A stretch of DNA of 8,847 nucleotides from a virus (Duplodnaviria; Heunggongvirae; Uroviricota; Caudoviricetes): IMG/VR virus record IMGVR_UViG_2724679236_000017; one strand, written 5' to 3'. How positions within the stretch are numbered: position 1 is the first letter of the stretch; every line of letters begins with the position of its first letter. The notes beneath the pieces were generated by a model, which was given only the letters and a program-made list of their open reading frames with translations, did not search any database and was not told the origin of the DNA. Of the stretch, positions 6,290-8,847 are shown one piece after another. The position numbers and the translations under genes are program-made.

Positions 6290-7045
6290 CTATTCCTTGG
6301 CCTCTTTATTCTTCTCGCCATCGCCAATATAAATAAGATAGTCGTTTAAGGATATCCTTCCGGAGGGACCGGTCCATGTTATCAATCCGTTTTCACGAAG
6401 ATTAAATAATGCTTCCATGAACTCATTATCGTTAAAAGAATGATCTTCTGAGAACAGAATGTTCATTTTTCTCAATAGTTCTTCCACTTTAATCTTTTCA
6501 TATCGCCTTATCAGACTTAGTGCTCTACGACGCATTAAGACTGTAGGTACTGCTTGTGAACGAATGGTTTTTTGTATTCCACTATCAAGAACTTTCTTAA
6601 TCTTACTCTCTAATTCTTTGATTTTAGTTTCATTATCTCCATTGGACTTAAGCTTTTCATCAACGATACAAATAATCTCCTGACTAATGCGGTTCTTGAG
6701 TTTGTTTATTTTTTCTTCATTGTTGAGGATCTCATCAGAGCTTCCTGCATGGGGTTTTTTCCATATGTGCTGACGCATATCCGTTACCGTATCTCTCATC
6801 ATAGAGAATGTATCTGAATATAACTTGTCAAATATTTTTTCCAGCCGTTCGACACTTGCCTGGATGTCTTTTGCTGCTTTAGTTGTCTCTTTAGAAGCCT
6901 CATTCGACATTTTATAAAAAACAAAAGAAAGCCAAATAGCCCCAATGGCGAGTACTAATGAGGCTATTGTGGCAATAAAACCTATTATTGTTATTGCTGT
7001 ATCTAATGTACCTGCTGCATCTGTGACTACTGTTTCTGCTGCCAT
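6290..7045 (-). CDS. membrane-anchored protein with N-terminal TM segment and coiled-coil-like region (251 aa)
   Basis: GAGGA Shine-Dalgarno 3-4 nt upstream of the ATG. N-terminal hydrophobic stretch LDTAITIIGFIATIASLVLAIGAIWLSFVFY. A K/E-rich heptad-like middle (KINKLKNRISQEI..., KIKELESKIKKVL). C-terminal ~70 aa of unknown fold. No recognised family. Confidence 0.7.
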   Translation of the reverse strand: MAAETVVTDAAGTLDTAITIIGFIATIASLVLAIGAIWLSFVFYKMSNEASKETTKAAKDIQASVERLEKIFDKLYSDTFSMMRDTVTDMRQHIWKKPHAGSSDEILNNEEKINKLKNRISQEIICIVDEKLKSNGDNETKIKELESKIKKVLDSGIQKTIRSQAVPTVLMRRRALSLIRRYEKIKVEELLRKMNILFSEDHSFNDNEFMEALFNLRENGLITWTGPSGRISLNDYLIYIGDGEKNKEAKE

Positions 7046-7089
7046 ATATCCTCAATATTTAACCATACAGGGTAGCGTGTTTTAACCGC

Positions 7090-7125
7090 GGGGAAGTCGG
7101 GGTGGTGACACCCTGGCCTTACCCC
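7090..7125. other. GC-rich nested stem-loop in the putative 5' leader of the 6290..7045 gene
   Basis: GGGG-aagtcg-[GGGTG-gtga-CACCC]-tggcctta-CCCC: inner 5-bp stem with a 4-nt loop, flanked by a GGGG/CCCC outer stem. It stands out in AT-rich surroundings. A TATGAT -10 candidate (reverse complement of 7145-7150) would place it in the minus-strand leader. Confidence 0.3.
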
Positions 7126-7328
7126 AATTCCAGAGTATTTGTTTATCATACCATTGAAACTATTTAATTTTATCGAAAATTTTGTCAGAGCGTGACTGAA
7201 AAGTCTTCAGCACGTCAAGCAGATCGTCGCCGTTCAATTAGCACTGAACTTTTTCTTAGTGGGGGGCTGTGCAGTTGCGAAGTTATGCCCCAGTTCCTCA
7301 CTACATTCTAATTAAGCCGGCCAACTAA

Positions 7329-7390
7329 ATGTCCGCTCCTCGCTCACAGCGGACCTTCAGTTGTTCGTCCACTCCGTGCCAGGAGCGGAC
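7329..7390. repeat. conserved double-hairpin intergenic element, copy D (62 bp)
   Basis: ATGTCCGCTCCTCGCTCACAGCGGACCTTCAGTTGTTCGTCCACTCCGTGCCAGGAGCGGAC. The 11-bp termini ATGTCCGCTCC and GGAGCGGACAT are exact reverse complements. Lies between divergent gene starts. Confidence 0.7.
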
Positions 7391-7443
7391 ATTGATTATT
7401 CCTCTCTGTAAAAATCTTAATGCTAACTAGTGGGAACTATAAG

Positions 7444-8309
<866 letters not shown>

Positions 8310-8325
8310 CCAATATACGGCAGTA

Positions 8326-8847
8326 ATGAATATTTCGGGGATCGTGTTTGCTGCGGTCATGGTTACCATTAGTGTTCGCGTAGCAATGGAGATTGCCTAC
8401 TTATGCGTGGCCAGACAGAGTGATGTACTTTCATTGCAGAAAGACCAGCTGTTCGATTCCGGGATCTACATTCGTCAGGGAAAAACCGGCGTTAAGCAAA
8501 TCAAAGCCTGGTCGCCTCGTCTGCAGAAAGCGATAGCTCTGGCTCGTTCTCTGCCATTAAAAACGGGAATCAGTAGCCTGTTTGTGATTCATCAAACTAC
8601 CGGTGGCAAGTATACCCGTGATGGTTTTAACTCTCGTTGGCGTGATGTCAAAGCGGCAGCACAGGAAAAATATCCTCATCTGCAAATAGACTTCACATTT
8701 CATGATCTGAAAGCAAAAGGTATCTCTGATCTGGAAGGCAGCCTGGAAGAGAAGCAAGCAATTTCCGGGCATAAGAACCCACGACAGACAGCTGCCTATG
8801 ACCGAAAAGTTAAAGTAGTGCCCGTAGTTGGTGGCCAGAGAAAATGA
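8326..8847 (+). CDS. lambda-family tyrosine recombinase/integrase, C-terminal catalytic-domain fragment (5'-truncated, probable pseudogene or remnant)
   Basis: 173-aa ORF aligning by eye to the catalytic half of lambda Int: VRVAMEIA...ARQSDVL (Arg box), YIRQGKTGVK, FHDLKAKG (HxLR-like box) and GHKNPRQTAAYDRK (His and catalytic Tyr). The frame is closed upstream by TAG at 8293-8295, so the ~180-aa arm- and core-binding N-terminal domains are absent. No convincing Shine-Dalgarno. Confidence 0.75.
   Translation: MNISGIVFAAVMVTISVRVAMEIAYLCVARQSDVLSLQKDQLFDSGIYIRQGKTGVKQIKAWSPRLQKAIALARSLPLKTGISSLFVIHQTTGGKYTRDGFNSRWRDVKAAAQEKYPHLQIDFTFHDLKAKGISDLEGSLEEKQAISGHKNPRQTAAYDRKVKVVPVVGGQRK

Noticed and set aside
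6459-6683. Plus-strand 74-aa ORF inside the 6290..7045 gene
   Set aside because: Antisense and low-complexity; the minus-strand gene is better supported.
4336-7390. CRISPR array interpretation of the GC-rich repeats
   Set aside because: Copies are about 1 kb apart with protein-coding genes between them, the units are 62-68 bp compound palindromes, and no cas genes are present.
4336-7390. Canonical integron attC sites
   Set aside because: No GTTRRRY / RYYYAAC core boxes, no intI gene in the window, and cassettes alternate orientation; only the general palindromic logic is shared, so this stays a loose analogy.

Overview
This 8.8-kb window reads as a mosaic, probably degraded lambdoid-type prophage segment, likely from an enterobacterium (inference from gene content; no database search was possible). 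Three parts are visible. (1) Positions 1-2107: a minus-strand operon of nin-region-type genes (213-aa unknown, 59-aa, DUF1367-like, DUF1364/YbcO-like Cys-rich protein, 56-aa), with overlapping ATGA stop/start junctions. (2) Positions 2351-4086: a small HTH-like gene followed by a plus-strand two-gene operon encoding an ImmA/IrrE-type HEXXH metallopeptidase and a membrane-anchored protein. (3) Positions 4087-8847: a visibly AT-rich accessory block of four single-gene modules in alternating orientation (small 3-TM protein, 158-aa unknown, 251-aa TM plus coiled-coil protein, GIY-YIG nuclease), ending in a 5'-truncated lambda-family tyrosine integrase fragment. Every intergenic junction of that block carries a copy of a conserved GC-rich double-hairpin element of about 65 bp (three full copies and one half copy, all in the same orientation). 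That repeat and the peptidase/membrane-protein operon are the best candidates here for something undescribed. No rRNA, tRNA or CRISPR array was seen, and no recognisable repressor, replication or lysis genes. All family assignments are from motif recognition by eye.
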